Source of the DNA: Vermamoeba vermiformis
Taxonomy: Eukaryota
Length of the DNA stretch: 64,000 nt
Assembly (NCBI GenBank): GCA_045837725.1
Contig: JBEWZL010000102.1
Coordinates: 186,001-250,000, forward strand
Direction of reading: 5' to 3'
The notes under the pieces were generated by a model. The model saw only the letters and a list, made by a program, of their open reading frames with translations. It was not told where the DNA came from and did no database searches. The translations under genes were made by a program, and so were the position numbers. The stretch's first letter is position 1. The number at the start of each line of letters is the position of its first letter. This document shows positions 53,835 through 64,000 of the stretch, one piece after another.

Positions 53835-54163
53835 CGGCAGTGCTGGATTTGTACATAGTAGTAAATAGGGACTTTGCGACCTCGTTGCTGTCATTCTTGG
53901 TGTACCTGCTGCACCGTCATACTAGAGTCGAGTCAGCATACTAATGTTCTCCTATTAGAGTCGTATACATCCGTCAACAATCACCCCCTAAATCAGCCTG
54001 ACGAAATTTCTGGTGGTGATATTAATTTTGACACAGATTCTTATTCAATTCAGCAGTCTCACTTTTCAACGTGTAGCACATACAAATTGCATGCAACATA
54101 TTAGATCGAGCTGTACACTAGCGGAGCTATTCTAAAAGGATTTTCGGCATTGGATCCACTACA

Positions 54164-56518
54164 ATGGATTCGGAACAGTTGGAAGTGATTCAACTTTTAG
54201 ATAAAGATATTGATTTGCTTAAAAAAGGTAATATAATAGTCTTACGCATGTATTAGCACTATAATTCACGACTAGAATATTTGCGGAATTAATATTTTAA
54301 TTTTTTGAAATTCTCGTTACCAATTAATGCCGCGAATAACACTCTAGCATCGCAAGGTATACGAGATGAGCGCAACAAACTGCCCGATCTCATCAAGACA
54401 TCATTCAGCGACTCTCAACTTGCTGATCCCAACATGCTCGATCTGTTCGTAGATCTGCTCCAACTCTCACAGCAACACTTGACAGTACCGCAATCACGTG
54501 CCGGATCACGTGACAAATCTTTGCAGACGTGGCCCGTGCTCGAAGTCGTGCCTGACACGCGGCCCAGTCCTCTGCTCGTGCAGTGTCGGCACTGTGGCCG
54601 CATGTTGCGCGCTGAAGTGTTTCACGAGCACGTGACTGGCTGTCAACTGGCACGCGCTGAATCACATGGCGAGTCACGTGGCAGTGCGAATAGAACACGC
54701 GACAACAGCCCTGCCCCGCGTCACGACGACAGCGAGGACTCGGCCACTGACGAGCGCAGTCGTGAGCACGTGACTGATCGTGCGGGTCAGGACTTGACAC
54801 GTGACATGTCAAATGTAGCACGTGATCTGTCTCCGCTGGCACGTGAGCTCGTGAAGAAAATTGGCGCTGAACACAGCAAACGCAAGCGCGACACTGACAC
54901 GGAGGATGAAGGTTTGTGTTTGACACGTGTCATTCGCTGTACTCGAGCTCACTATTGCTTGTATTTTTAGCGCCCAAGAGCAAAAAACGCAAACTCAGCA
55001 ATGAAACAGCTGTGCTTCCTAAAAAGGAAATAGCCACGACGACAGAAGTGCCACCACCCATCACTCAACAACACGTGCCGATTATTGACACGTGGACAGC
55101 GGAAGAACACGATGAACGCACGACACTGAAGAAATTGTTGATGTCTAAAAATAGCAGCAAGAGCAGCGAAGAGCACGTGCAAGAATTGCTGCAATTTATC
55201 AAAACAGTGCCACCACGACCCCTCGTGTTCACGAATGACGAGGACGCGCTCTATTTTTGGCACCAATCGCGCGCGCAGTCCACGCTGCCAGTTGCCACCA
55301 GAGCCGCACGTGATCGTCGCGCCCAACGACTGCGCGGTGCCGGAGTGCAAGTGAGTGCGCTGCCGAGTCGCGAGTTGGTGCTGAGCGAGTACCGCTACAG
55401 CGTGCCCAATCGACAGCTCAAACTCACCGCGCAACAAGTGCTGCTGCAACAGACGGTCAAGATCGCACTGCTCAGCGGACTGTTGCATCAGAACGACGCC
55501 ACCACCGGCAACAAACAGCTGCGCTCCAGCAAGGGACGCGTGCGAGCTAATAATAGCACCACACCGACCCCTCCGCCGAGTGCAGCAGCGCCACCGAGCA
55601 CGAGCGACAAGAGCGCGAAGACGAGTGACGCGAGTGCTGCGGAGAGCGAAGTGGACGAGAAGTCACTCATGGCCAAGCTGCTGCAGCTCGAGCCCAGCAC
55701 GCCTGCACCTAATAATAGCACCAACAACACGAACAGCGTGCCACCGACAGCTAATAATAGCAACAATGTGACAGCAGTGAGTACACCAGTGCCAGTCACC
55801 ACCGCACCCAGCACGTCGATTGCGGTGCCGGCCACACCTGTCACCCCCGTGCCTGCTGTCACTGCTGTCACTCCCACACCAGCCACGGCAAAGACTGGTC
55901 ACGTGCCCACGCTGCTCGTGCCCAACTCCGCGCTGAGTGCCACCCTGATGAAAGATATGGCCTTAAAAGGCAAGACAGGCTCAGGTGTGCCACTGACAGC
56001 TGTCACACTGCTGCACCCGACTCAACTGCAAGGTGCTAATGTAAGTTGTGTTTATTGCCTAATATGGTAACTCAAACATCACGTGCACAGATCAAGATGC
56101 AAGTCAAAGGCAAAGTCCCGCCCCTGACACAGCCCAAGGCCGCGCCCCCTCCGACAGGTGTCAAAGCAGCACCCGCGCCAGTGAGTGTCACGCCGAAGCA
56201 GATCTCGCCCAAGCCCGCAGTCAAACAGCCGCCACTGCTCGCCAAGCCCGTGCTGGACGGAGCTCTGCTGAGCGGCAACCGAGTGGCGGTGCTGCCGATC
56301 ACGAGTGCGAACACGCCGAGTCTGATGCGCGCACCGAACACGACTACCGTGGCTGGACGCGTGGTGAGCAGCATGCCTGTCGTGCTGACCACGGCCAAGC
56401 CACTCGTCGCACCGCCCAATGCTGTCGTGCCACCCACCGTGCCGGCCAAGAAGAGCACTGCCAAGTAAGGACATTTGTGTTGTGTGGCACGTGACTGACT
56501 TGCTAAATTAGGAAATGA
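54164..56518 (+). CDS. Sgf73/ataxin-7-like protein (N-terminal Zn finger, long low-complexity tail)
   Basis: LVQCRHCGRMLRAEVFHEHVTGC resembles the N-terminal Zn finger of Sgf73/ATXN7. No clear SCA7 domain seen; P/T/A-rich C-terminus. Confidence 0.55.
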
Positions 56519-56683
56519 GTGCCACCACCCTGTGAATACCCCTCGACGCGTGTGAATACCTCTGTTAATACTGTCAGTTGACCGCTGAGCTGATGCTGCA
56601 CCACTGTAATATAGTAAACCAGTCCTCTCTCTGCGCTGGCGTGTCGTTCACTGAATACAATCTTTCACGGTGCTTGACAGGTG

Positions 56684-57653
56684 TCACTCGCCCTCCCCCT
56701 GCGAGGTGTGCGGGAATGACAGGTCCCAATAGCCCTCAGGTGTGTGCGGGGGCGTGTAGAGCTGTTTGTGGCGACTGACGTGTCCAATCAGCTCGTCTTT
56801 GCTCTTGTGTCCGTGCTGGTGGTGTTCGTGCACGTGTGTCGGGGCGTGTGCGGCACCCTCATTGCCATATATGGCTGCGTAGAACTGCGCGCACTGTTCG
56901 CACTCGTGGCCCGTGAGTTGTTCGCGGTCCTCTTTCTTGCGCACTGCAGCCACGTACTTGTACTGCTTCTTGGGCCGTCGTGCGTCGTTGCTGTCTGTTG
57001 TGCCATATTTGGTGTCTGCATTGCCATATTTGGTATCCTCATCGTCATCGCGCTCAGAGACGCGTCGTTTCTGCGGAGTGTGACGGAACAGCTCGAACTC
57101 GTCTGCTTCACTGTGCGGCAGTTCATCCTCGTGTCCGTGCTCGTCCTCCACTGCGCGGGACTGACGGTGCTCGTGCTTGGTACTCGCAGCACTCGTAGTG
57201 TTGTTGTGCGCCTCTTCGCTGTCACTCAAGTAGATCACGCTGTACTCCAAGTGCTCGGTGCTGTTGGCTTTGTTCATGTTGTACAAGATGCGCTGAGGCT
57301 CGCGCTTGTCTTCGAGATCTAATTCGTCTACTTCAGCGTGCTTGGTCTCGCTCATAATCAGCTTCTTGTTGTCCTCTTTCAATTCCTCCGATCGACTCAA
57401 TTTTTCCAGTAATTTTTTGTATTTATCAATCGTTTCTCGCGCTTTCATATATTTAATTTTCCACTCGTCGCGCTCTTCTTGTAACCTTTAATCAATTGTT
57501 AGTAATTAGTGTGGCGAGATCCAGCGTGTAACTAGCGTACTTGAATACTTGTTCGTGCACATCGCTCAACAGGCGCTGCAGTGGGCCAGTGATGCTGTCC
57601 AATGTGCTGCCACGTGCGCGACTAGTGGTGTGTGCAGTAGTGTTCTTGTGCAT
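56684..57653 (-). CDS. SAE2: DNA end-resection factor CtIP/Sae2/Ctp1
   Basis: YKYVAAVRKKEDREQLTGHECEQCAQFY, SRHK and TPEGYWDLSFP; N-terminal coiled coil. Confidence 0.9.
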
Positions 57654-57713
57654 TGTTCGCGGTGTGTTAATCAGATCTGCAATTGAATTAGTTGTTGAAC
57701 AGCACAACGCAGC

Positions 57714-58424
57714 ATGACGCACTTAATTAAGGCCACTAAAGTGCTGGGTCGGTGGCACAAGCCCAAGCTCAGTCTGCGCAAGCAAAATACACTCTTGAAA
57801 CAGACGATCACGCCGCGCAATTGTCAGCAGATCTTGGATGGCAAAGTAGAGCTTGCAGATACCACTAAAGCAGCGCTATTGCCACTACTAACAACATATG
57901 TGGCTAAATGGGAGGGCAGATACAATGGAGAGGTCAAAGAGTTCCGCGCTCCAAAAGGACACAAATTCGAGAAGAAGTTGCTTGAAAGGTACGTCTAAAG
58001 CTGTGTATTTATTTTTAATAATCAGTATATGCGTTATACATGCCATTTATAGAGATACATTGAATTTTAAACGATAAGACGATAAAATAAAAATCAGATC
58101 TGCCAAATAATAAAATAATTATTTACACCCCTGCCAATACTCGCAATTAATTGAATACGATGCTACAGACAAGAACAAATCAAAAAGAACTTGAAACAAG
58201 TGCCCAAGATGCTCGAAGACCTCAAGAAGAAGAAGCACGACAAGCCAGTGGTGCGCAAGGGCGTGGACTGGATCTTGCCCTCGCGCGCGGAACGATTGCG
58301 CGATCAAGCACAGGCCAAGCTGCGCAGTCGACAGAGCCAATACGAACACATTGAGGACGCGCTGCTCGCTGGTGCAGATCCGCAACAAGCTCGTCTGTTT
58401 GCTGAAGAGAAGCGCAAGCACTAA
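57714..58424 (+). CDS. MRPL25: Mitochondrial ribosomal protein mL59 (Mrpl25-like)
   Basis: GRWHKPKLSLRKQ, PKGHKFEK, then K.VPKMLED; one intron at about 57989-58168. Confidence 0.7.
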
Positions 58425-58673
58425 CCTGTACATATACACACTGAATAGACCATTAAATATAGCTATTTACTGCGACTAGGACCCGAGTGCATATTATTAG
58501 ACACTCATTACTACTCGACTCCGATCAGTCCTCGGCACGTGTCAAACAAATATCTGTGCACGGCTGTGAAATTTTGTTTTGTTCTTGAGCACAGCAACGA
58601 GCAGCACACCACAGCTCTGAGATAGTCCACACGCTTGTATATATATATATATATACCAATATACACAGTAACA

Positions 58674-60348
58674 ATGTCGTGGCTCCGTCAATCACTGCTC
58701 AAAACAGCAGCTCGTCTGCGCACATCAGGCAGCAGTGGCGGCAAGGTACTGACGCGCGAGCAACTCTCGCCGAACATCCTCGCCTGTCACTACGCAGTGC
58801 GCGGTGAGTTAGTGCTGCGCGCTGAGAAATTGGCGCAGACTCTCAAAACCAATCCTGAGCAATTGCCCTTCAAGAAGATCACTTACTGCAACATTGGCAA
58901 CCCTCAAGAGCTGGGTCAGAAGCCCATCACATTCATTAGACAGGTCTGTTCAGTGGTCGACAATCCTGAGCTGCTGAAACACAAAGACATCTTCCCTGCT
59001 GATGTGTTTCAACGCGCAGAGAAGATTCTCAAGCATATTCCGAGCACTGGTAGGTGTTATAATTATTGTATAATATTTAACGCATTTATTCGTAATTATA
59101 CGCGCTCATCATTGCATTATTAATCGAACCGTCACTGATCGCGTCAATTGACTCAATTTTCGCGATTGTGCTCTCACCTCGCAATATCATAACATGCATT
59201 GTATACATACAGGTGCATACACTACGAGCAGAGGTATCCCTTTTATCCGTGATGAGATTGCAGATTTCATTCGACGTCGTGATGGCAAAGAAGGAGATCG
59301 CGACTACACCTCACCAGACAACATCTTTATGAGTGATGGTGCTAGTCCTGCAGTACAGCAGTCATTGCGCATGTTGATTCGCGATTCAAACAGTGGCGTG
59401 ATGATCCCGATCCCGCAATACCCCTTGTACAGCGCAACAATTCCGCTGTTGGGTGGCAAGCAGATCCCTTATTATTTGGACGAAGAGAACAACTGGACCA
59501 TGCGCGTCACTGAGCTCGAGCAAGCAGTCACGCGTGCTCGCGAGCAAGGAGTGAATCCGCGCGGTCTGGTGGTGATCAATCCCGGCAATCCTACCGGCCA
59601 GTGCTTGGAACACCGCGATATGGAGGCCATTCTCGACTTTGCAGCGCGTCACAAGCTCGTGTTGCTGGCCGATGAAGTGTATCAAGACAACGTGTACACC
59701 GCCAAGCCCTTCGTCTCGTTCAAGAAAGTGTTGCACGGCATGGGCACGCAGCACCGCCACGCAGTCGAGCTGCTCTCCTTCCACTCCGTCAGCAAGGGCA
59801 TGCTCGGCGAGTGCGGCAAGCGCGGTGGCTATGTGGAGATGACGAACATCGACCCCGCGGTGATCGAACAGTACTACAAGCTGTCGAGTATTGGCCTGTG
59901 TCCCAATGTCACTGGTCAACTCGTCGTGTCGCTCATGGTCAATCCACCCAGACCTGGTGAGCCCTCGCACGCGCAATATCATCGCGAGCGCAGTGCTATC
60001 TATGACTCGCTGAAACGTCGCGCGGAACTGGTGGTGAAGCAGCTCAATCAGCTCGAGGGCATTCAGTGCAATCCCGCGGAGGGGGCCATGTACGCCTTCC
60101 CGCGCATCACCATCCCTCGCCGCGCGATTGAACTCGCCAAGGCTGAAGGTCACGCCCCTGATGCGTGGTACTGCTTGCAGTTGTTGGCGCGTACTGGCAT
60201 GGTGGTGGTACCTGGATCTGGTTTCGGACAGCGCCCCGATACCTTCCACTTCCGCACGACCTTCTTGCCGCCCGAGGAGTCGATTCAACAAGTGCTCAAT
60301 GACTTCAAGGCCTTCCACAGCGATTTCATGAACAAGTACCGCGACTAG
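58674..60348 (+). CDS. GPT: Alanine aminotransferase, probably mitochondrial
   Basis: YAVRGE, NIGNPQ, PIPQYPLYSA, VINPGNPTGQ, ADEVYQDN, SFHSVSKG..GECGKRGGY, GAMYAFP, VPGSGFGQ; presequence-like N-terminus. Confidence 0.97.
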
Positions 60349-60383
60349 ACGGCGCTGCAACAGCTCAATAAATATTCACCTAG

Positions 60384-61096
60384 CTAGTCCGAGATATTTA
60401 TTGCCAGCACAGTGAGACAGCACAGCACGAGTGCCGCGATCAGCAGGGTGAGCAGATGACGTGGCAGTGCACTCAATTCAGACCACGTGACTGTCACTGG
60501 CCGTGCAGCACCGTTGACGCATCGATAGCCAGTCTGTGCATCGAGCACGTGATAGATGCACTGCGGGGCCATGCACTGATGGGTGCGCGTGTTGCAGACG
60601 AGTGGTGTCGGACAGGCAGTGACGTCACAGCGCGGTGCAGTGCGTGTCATGCTGTCAAGTGACAGGTGTCAGCGTGAGGTCCGTACCATTCACTGCAACT
60701 TACTCGACACAAGTGAGGGTGTTGTAGTCACAGTAATTATTGAGCGGACACTGCGGGGCGAGTGCAGTGACAGAGGTGCAGGTCAGTTGCGCGGAGTAGG
60801 GCTCAGTGCGCGCACAGTACTGCGTCTTGGCTGCGGGGACTGTGAACCACCCGGCATCGCTTACGTGACACTCTGCGCACTGCGTCGTGTTGAATCGAGT
60901 GTAGGGATAACGTGCCTAATATGCCATTGGTTAGTCGACGATCAATTATTCCACCCCTCGCACTTACCAAGGCGCATCCGCCATTCTGTGCAGTAGTGTT
61001 GCGTCTATTCAGTACTGCGGCCAGAGGTGAGAGCGCATTGCAGTACACTAAAAGAATTAAAATGAAGTATATTGTGTGGTGCATCACATAGCGCAT
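60384..61096 (-). CDS. Small secreted or surface cysteine-rich protein with C-terminal hydrophobic segment
   Basis: Signal peptide; exons joinable by GTAAG introns at about 60967 and 60704; repeated C..CP..C...T..C motifs; hydrophobic tail. Confidence 0.6.
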
Positions 61097-61174
61097 TGAG
61101 TTAATAACAACAGCCGCAAATGATTACCGGTTTTGTACCGAGTGAAATTTCAGTTAGTTTTCCGAACTCGACCT

Positions 61175-62108
61175 TTACTTCGCTTTAGTGCCAGAGCTTT
61201 GCTGAAGGCACAATCTAGAGTACATGTATGATAGGTGGTGAGTGATTTGCTGAACGGAGAGTTCCGAGGTGAAGTTCGAGAGTGAAGTGAGTCCGATGAG
61301 GGTGCGCGAATGACAGGTGTCAAAGTGCGTCCTATGCCGCGCAATTCTTCTCACGAGAGCATGCCGTGCTTCTTGAACAGCTCAATGTACTGGCGCGTGT
61401 GCGTGACTGGTGCTGCGTGCTGCTCAATGTCGGAGATTTCGCTGAGATCGATCAGCAGTTCAGGAGTGGTGCTCGCCACGTGGGTGAATTGATCTCCGAA
61501 GATGAGCTCGAGACACTTGACAGCTGTCACGGAGAGTTGTTCGCGAATGTTGCGGCTCGTGTTGCTCGCGGGGGGTGTGTTGGCACGGCGCTTGAATGGG
61601 TTGTGTATCACGCCGAGCAGCTCTTCGTGCACGGAGCTGGGCAGTGCGAGATGTGCCACTTCCTGATTAGTATAAGTCACGTGATACACCACGCCGCGTG
61701 GCTGGTCTGCTGCGGTCACTGCGAGCTGACGCAGTTCAAAGCCGCGCCACCTGGTGCGCAGTCCCTGTGGTGCCATTAATACCACATTATATGCTATTGG
61801 AGGGCTATATGAGTACTTACGCGAAGGTGAATGGTCTGTTTGGTGGTGAAGAGACGGATCTTGTCGAAAATTAATTTGATTTCTCGATCAGCCTCTAACA
61901 CTTGGTTGTCGCACATTAAATATGACTTGTCCGCCAACGTATCAAAATTAACTAAATAAGTAGGCTTAATACGAGTCTTGGGTGCAGTGGGGAGCTGAAG
62001 TTGGATGGTAGATTGGATGGGCGTGTTAGTCGTGCGCAATGTGTTGGGTGTTACTGGCTGATAGAACGAAGCTGATTCGTTGGTGTATAATAATATGCTG
62101 GAGTACAT
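61175..62108 (-). CDS. Hypothetical protein; ends at 61351 or continues through a frameshift to 61175
   Basis: ORFs 61794-62153 and 61351-61785 joinable by an intron; another frame stays open for about 60 codons downstream. Confidence 0.45.
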
Positions 62109-62192
62109 TTGGAGCTCTGCTGTGGTTGACTTCAACGCGATCTGACAGGACAATGATTATTTGTTTTGCAGCCACAGATACACGAACACAAT

Positions 62193-62647
62193 ATGGATTC
62201 AGATGGAATTGGCAAGCCCCCTGGTCTACCTTCACGATATCGTAATAGACCGCCTAACTTGAAGTTTTTGCGTCAAAATCCGTGTTTGAAACAGTGGATT
62301 ATGTTGATCGAATGCTACACTGTTAATAGTTATGCAAACAAGCCTTGTTTGAAGGAATTATTGGCATTTGAAGGATGTTCAGCAAATATGGTGCGTATTC
62401 AATGATAACTAAGCTCAGCAATAATTTTGGAGTATTTTTCGATAATTATTTTCATTATTTAATTTTACAACACTCTACTTGCCAACATTCAATTTATTCA
62501 AAAGTTTATTAATATTATCTAATTTAAATTAATGCGATGTGCTATTAACGAGCGGATCTACAGAAAAGTGCCAAGCAACGCATTGCCTCAACACGTTATC
62601 ACATGAAGCGATTGGTGAAAGAAGCAGCGCGTCTAGTGCCTAAATAA
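62193..62647 (+). CDS. Twin CX9C (CHCH) protein, likely mitoribosomal mS37/CHCHD1
   Basis: PCLKQWIMLIEC and PCLKELLAFEGC twin CX9C; second exon ...STRYHMKRL. Confidence 0.7.
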
Positions 62648-62805
62648 TACTACAGTTATGCAAGAATATATATATAAATAAGCGGTTAATATGTACGATG
62701 CAGAGTGTTTATTATATTACAGATGCAGTGAGGCCGAGTACACGCAGACAACAGCTCTCTATTCTACAGTCATATATACTGGACCGCGTGCTATTCACAA
62801 GAGGT

Positions 62806-64000
62806 TCAAGCGGTGGAAGAGATGAACGAGTCGAAGTGTTTCTTTGCGATCTTGATGTTCACCAGTGTGGCGGCAGGCTCTGACAATAGCGATCAGTACA
62901 CTATATATATATATATGCAGCATGGAGGACGAACAACAACGTACGAATAGAGGGGTCGGTGATGATGACCATGACGTAGGTGTTGGTGGTGAACTCATCA
63001 ATGTAGGCCGCAAAAGCGCTGTTCTTGACCTCCATGGCCTGGAACTGTGCCTGCGACTTGCTGCAGCTGAGCTTGAACTGCTTGATGATGTTCGATATCT
63101 TCTCGAACCGGTGCGGATCTTTCACCGAACCACTCCCGCTGCTGTGCGATATCACCAGGAAGGTCGCTTTCTCGAACAGCACCACCTCCTCGGCCTCACA
63201 TATGCGACGGAACTTGTCCAAGCGCTTCTCCACGAGTTTGACATTCGGGATCAGACTGTACACGATCGAGCTCCACGCGCGGTACAGTGTCTCGTCCCAG
63301 ATGGAGGTCCTGAAACAGCTCGCTTTCTGCGGCAGTGTGAGTTCGCGCACCTCGTTCTCTTTGGCTTTGAACACTGCATCGCGCTGCTCCTCGGGCACCA
63401 GATCCATCTTGTGGATGAGACAGAAGATCTTGGCGTCCTTGGAGTTCTGTCTGATGGCCTCGACGCACTGCTTGTAGTACTTGACGTCCTTGTCGACCTC
63501 TTTGCTGTCAATGTCGAATACGTAGACCAACACCTCGACGTTGCGGAAGATGTGATCGCGCTGCGAGGCGAAGTAGTTCTCCATGAACGAGTCTTGGCTG
63601 TCACAGGCGAGGTCAGACACGCGTCATGTGCAGTGCTAATATACAATATTGCGGTATTAAGTTGTGCTTACCCTCCGCAGTCCCACAGATTCAGCACGAG
63701 ATTGCCGAGAAATCGCACGTGTGAGTGCTCCACATCCACTGTCAGCCACGGTCAATAATTGCAGGGTAATGTATTGTCGCGATATACTTACATGTAGCAC
63801 CTAATCTCATCGTGTCTCGTGCTAAAATAGATTGCAGATCAGCACAAAGCAACACAATAAAATAATAAAATAAATTATAATTTCCCAACTTGTCTATTAG
63901 TAATGAGCCATACCAATATAATTCGCAAAAATAATGCTGCGCATTGATGTTTTGCCGCTACCGCTTTTACCCATGAGCAAGACCTTCAATAACAACGAGT
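62806..64000 (-). CDS. RRAGA: Rag GTPase RagA/Gtr1 (5' end beyond window)
   Basis: [87 protein letters not shown]. Confidence 0.97.

Noticed and set aside
53874-54120. Intergenic stem followed by Sm-site-like AATTTTG
   Set aside because: No similarity to any snRNA I recognise and no upstream element.
61175-61350. PIWI-like C-terminal peptide (ELSVQQITHHLSYMYSR) in an alternative frame
   Set aside because: Short resemblance only; it needs a frameshift and no other Argonaute motifs are visible.

Overview
Gene-dense eukaryotic (protist) DNA with about 33 protein genes broken by short GT-AG introns (mostly about 45-60 nt). Promoters and gene 5' ends are AT-rich; gene bodies are GC- and CpG-richer. 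An amoebozoan origin is suggested, not proven, by DUSE-like WCCCANAA elements upstream of both U6 genes. Recognisable genes: PRP18, YLPM1-like, TBL1, a 2OG-Fe(II) oxygenase, a presenilin-like protein, NDUFAF7, myotubularin, RPP40, PCMT1, ASH2L, Cyc8/Ssn6, GNB1L, SPT20, an ELOVL elongase, DDX6, CHMP5, an Sgf73-like protein, CtIP/Sae2, mL59, ALT, mS37 and RagA, plus two identical U6 snRNA genes. Most notable observations: (1) three families of palindromic, transcription-factor-like motifs (TGACASSTGTCA, (T)CACGTG(A), and CArG/MEF2-type C[CT]W6[AG]G) are heavily enriched in introns and weakly constrained coding sequence, mostly from about 34 kb on, and visibly shape the encoded proteins; (2) an apparently non-coding, spliced, pyrimidine-led snoRNA host gene at 15.5-16.6 kb with intronic box C/D snoRNAs; (3) a U12-type intron in PRP18; (4) a presenilin with GxGD changed to GVGN; (5) a CpG-depleted relic island. 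All coordinates and counts were read by hand and may be off by a few bases.
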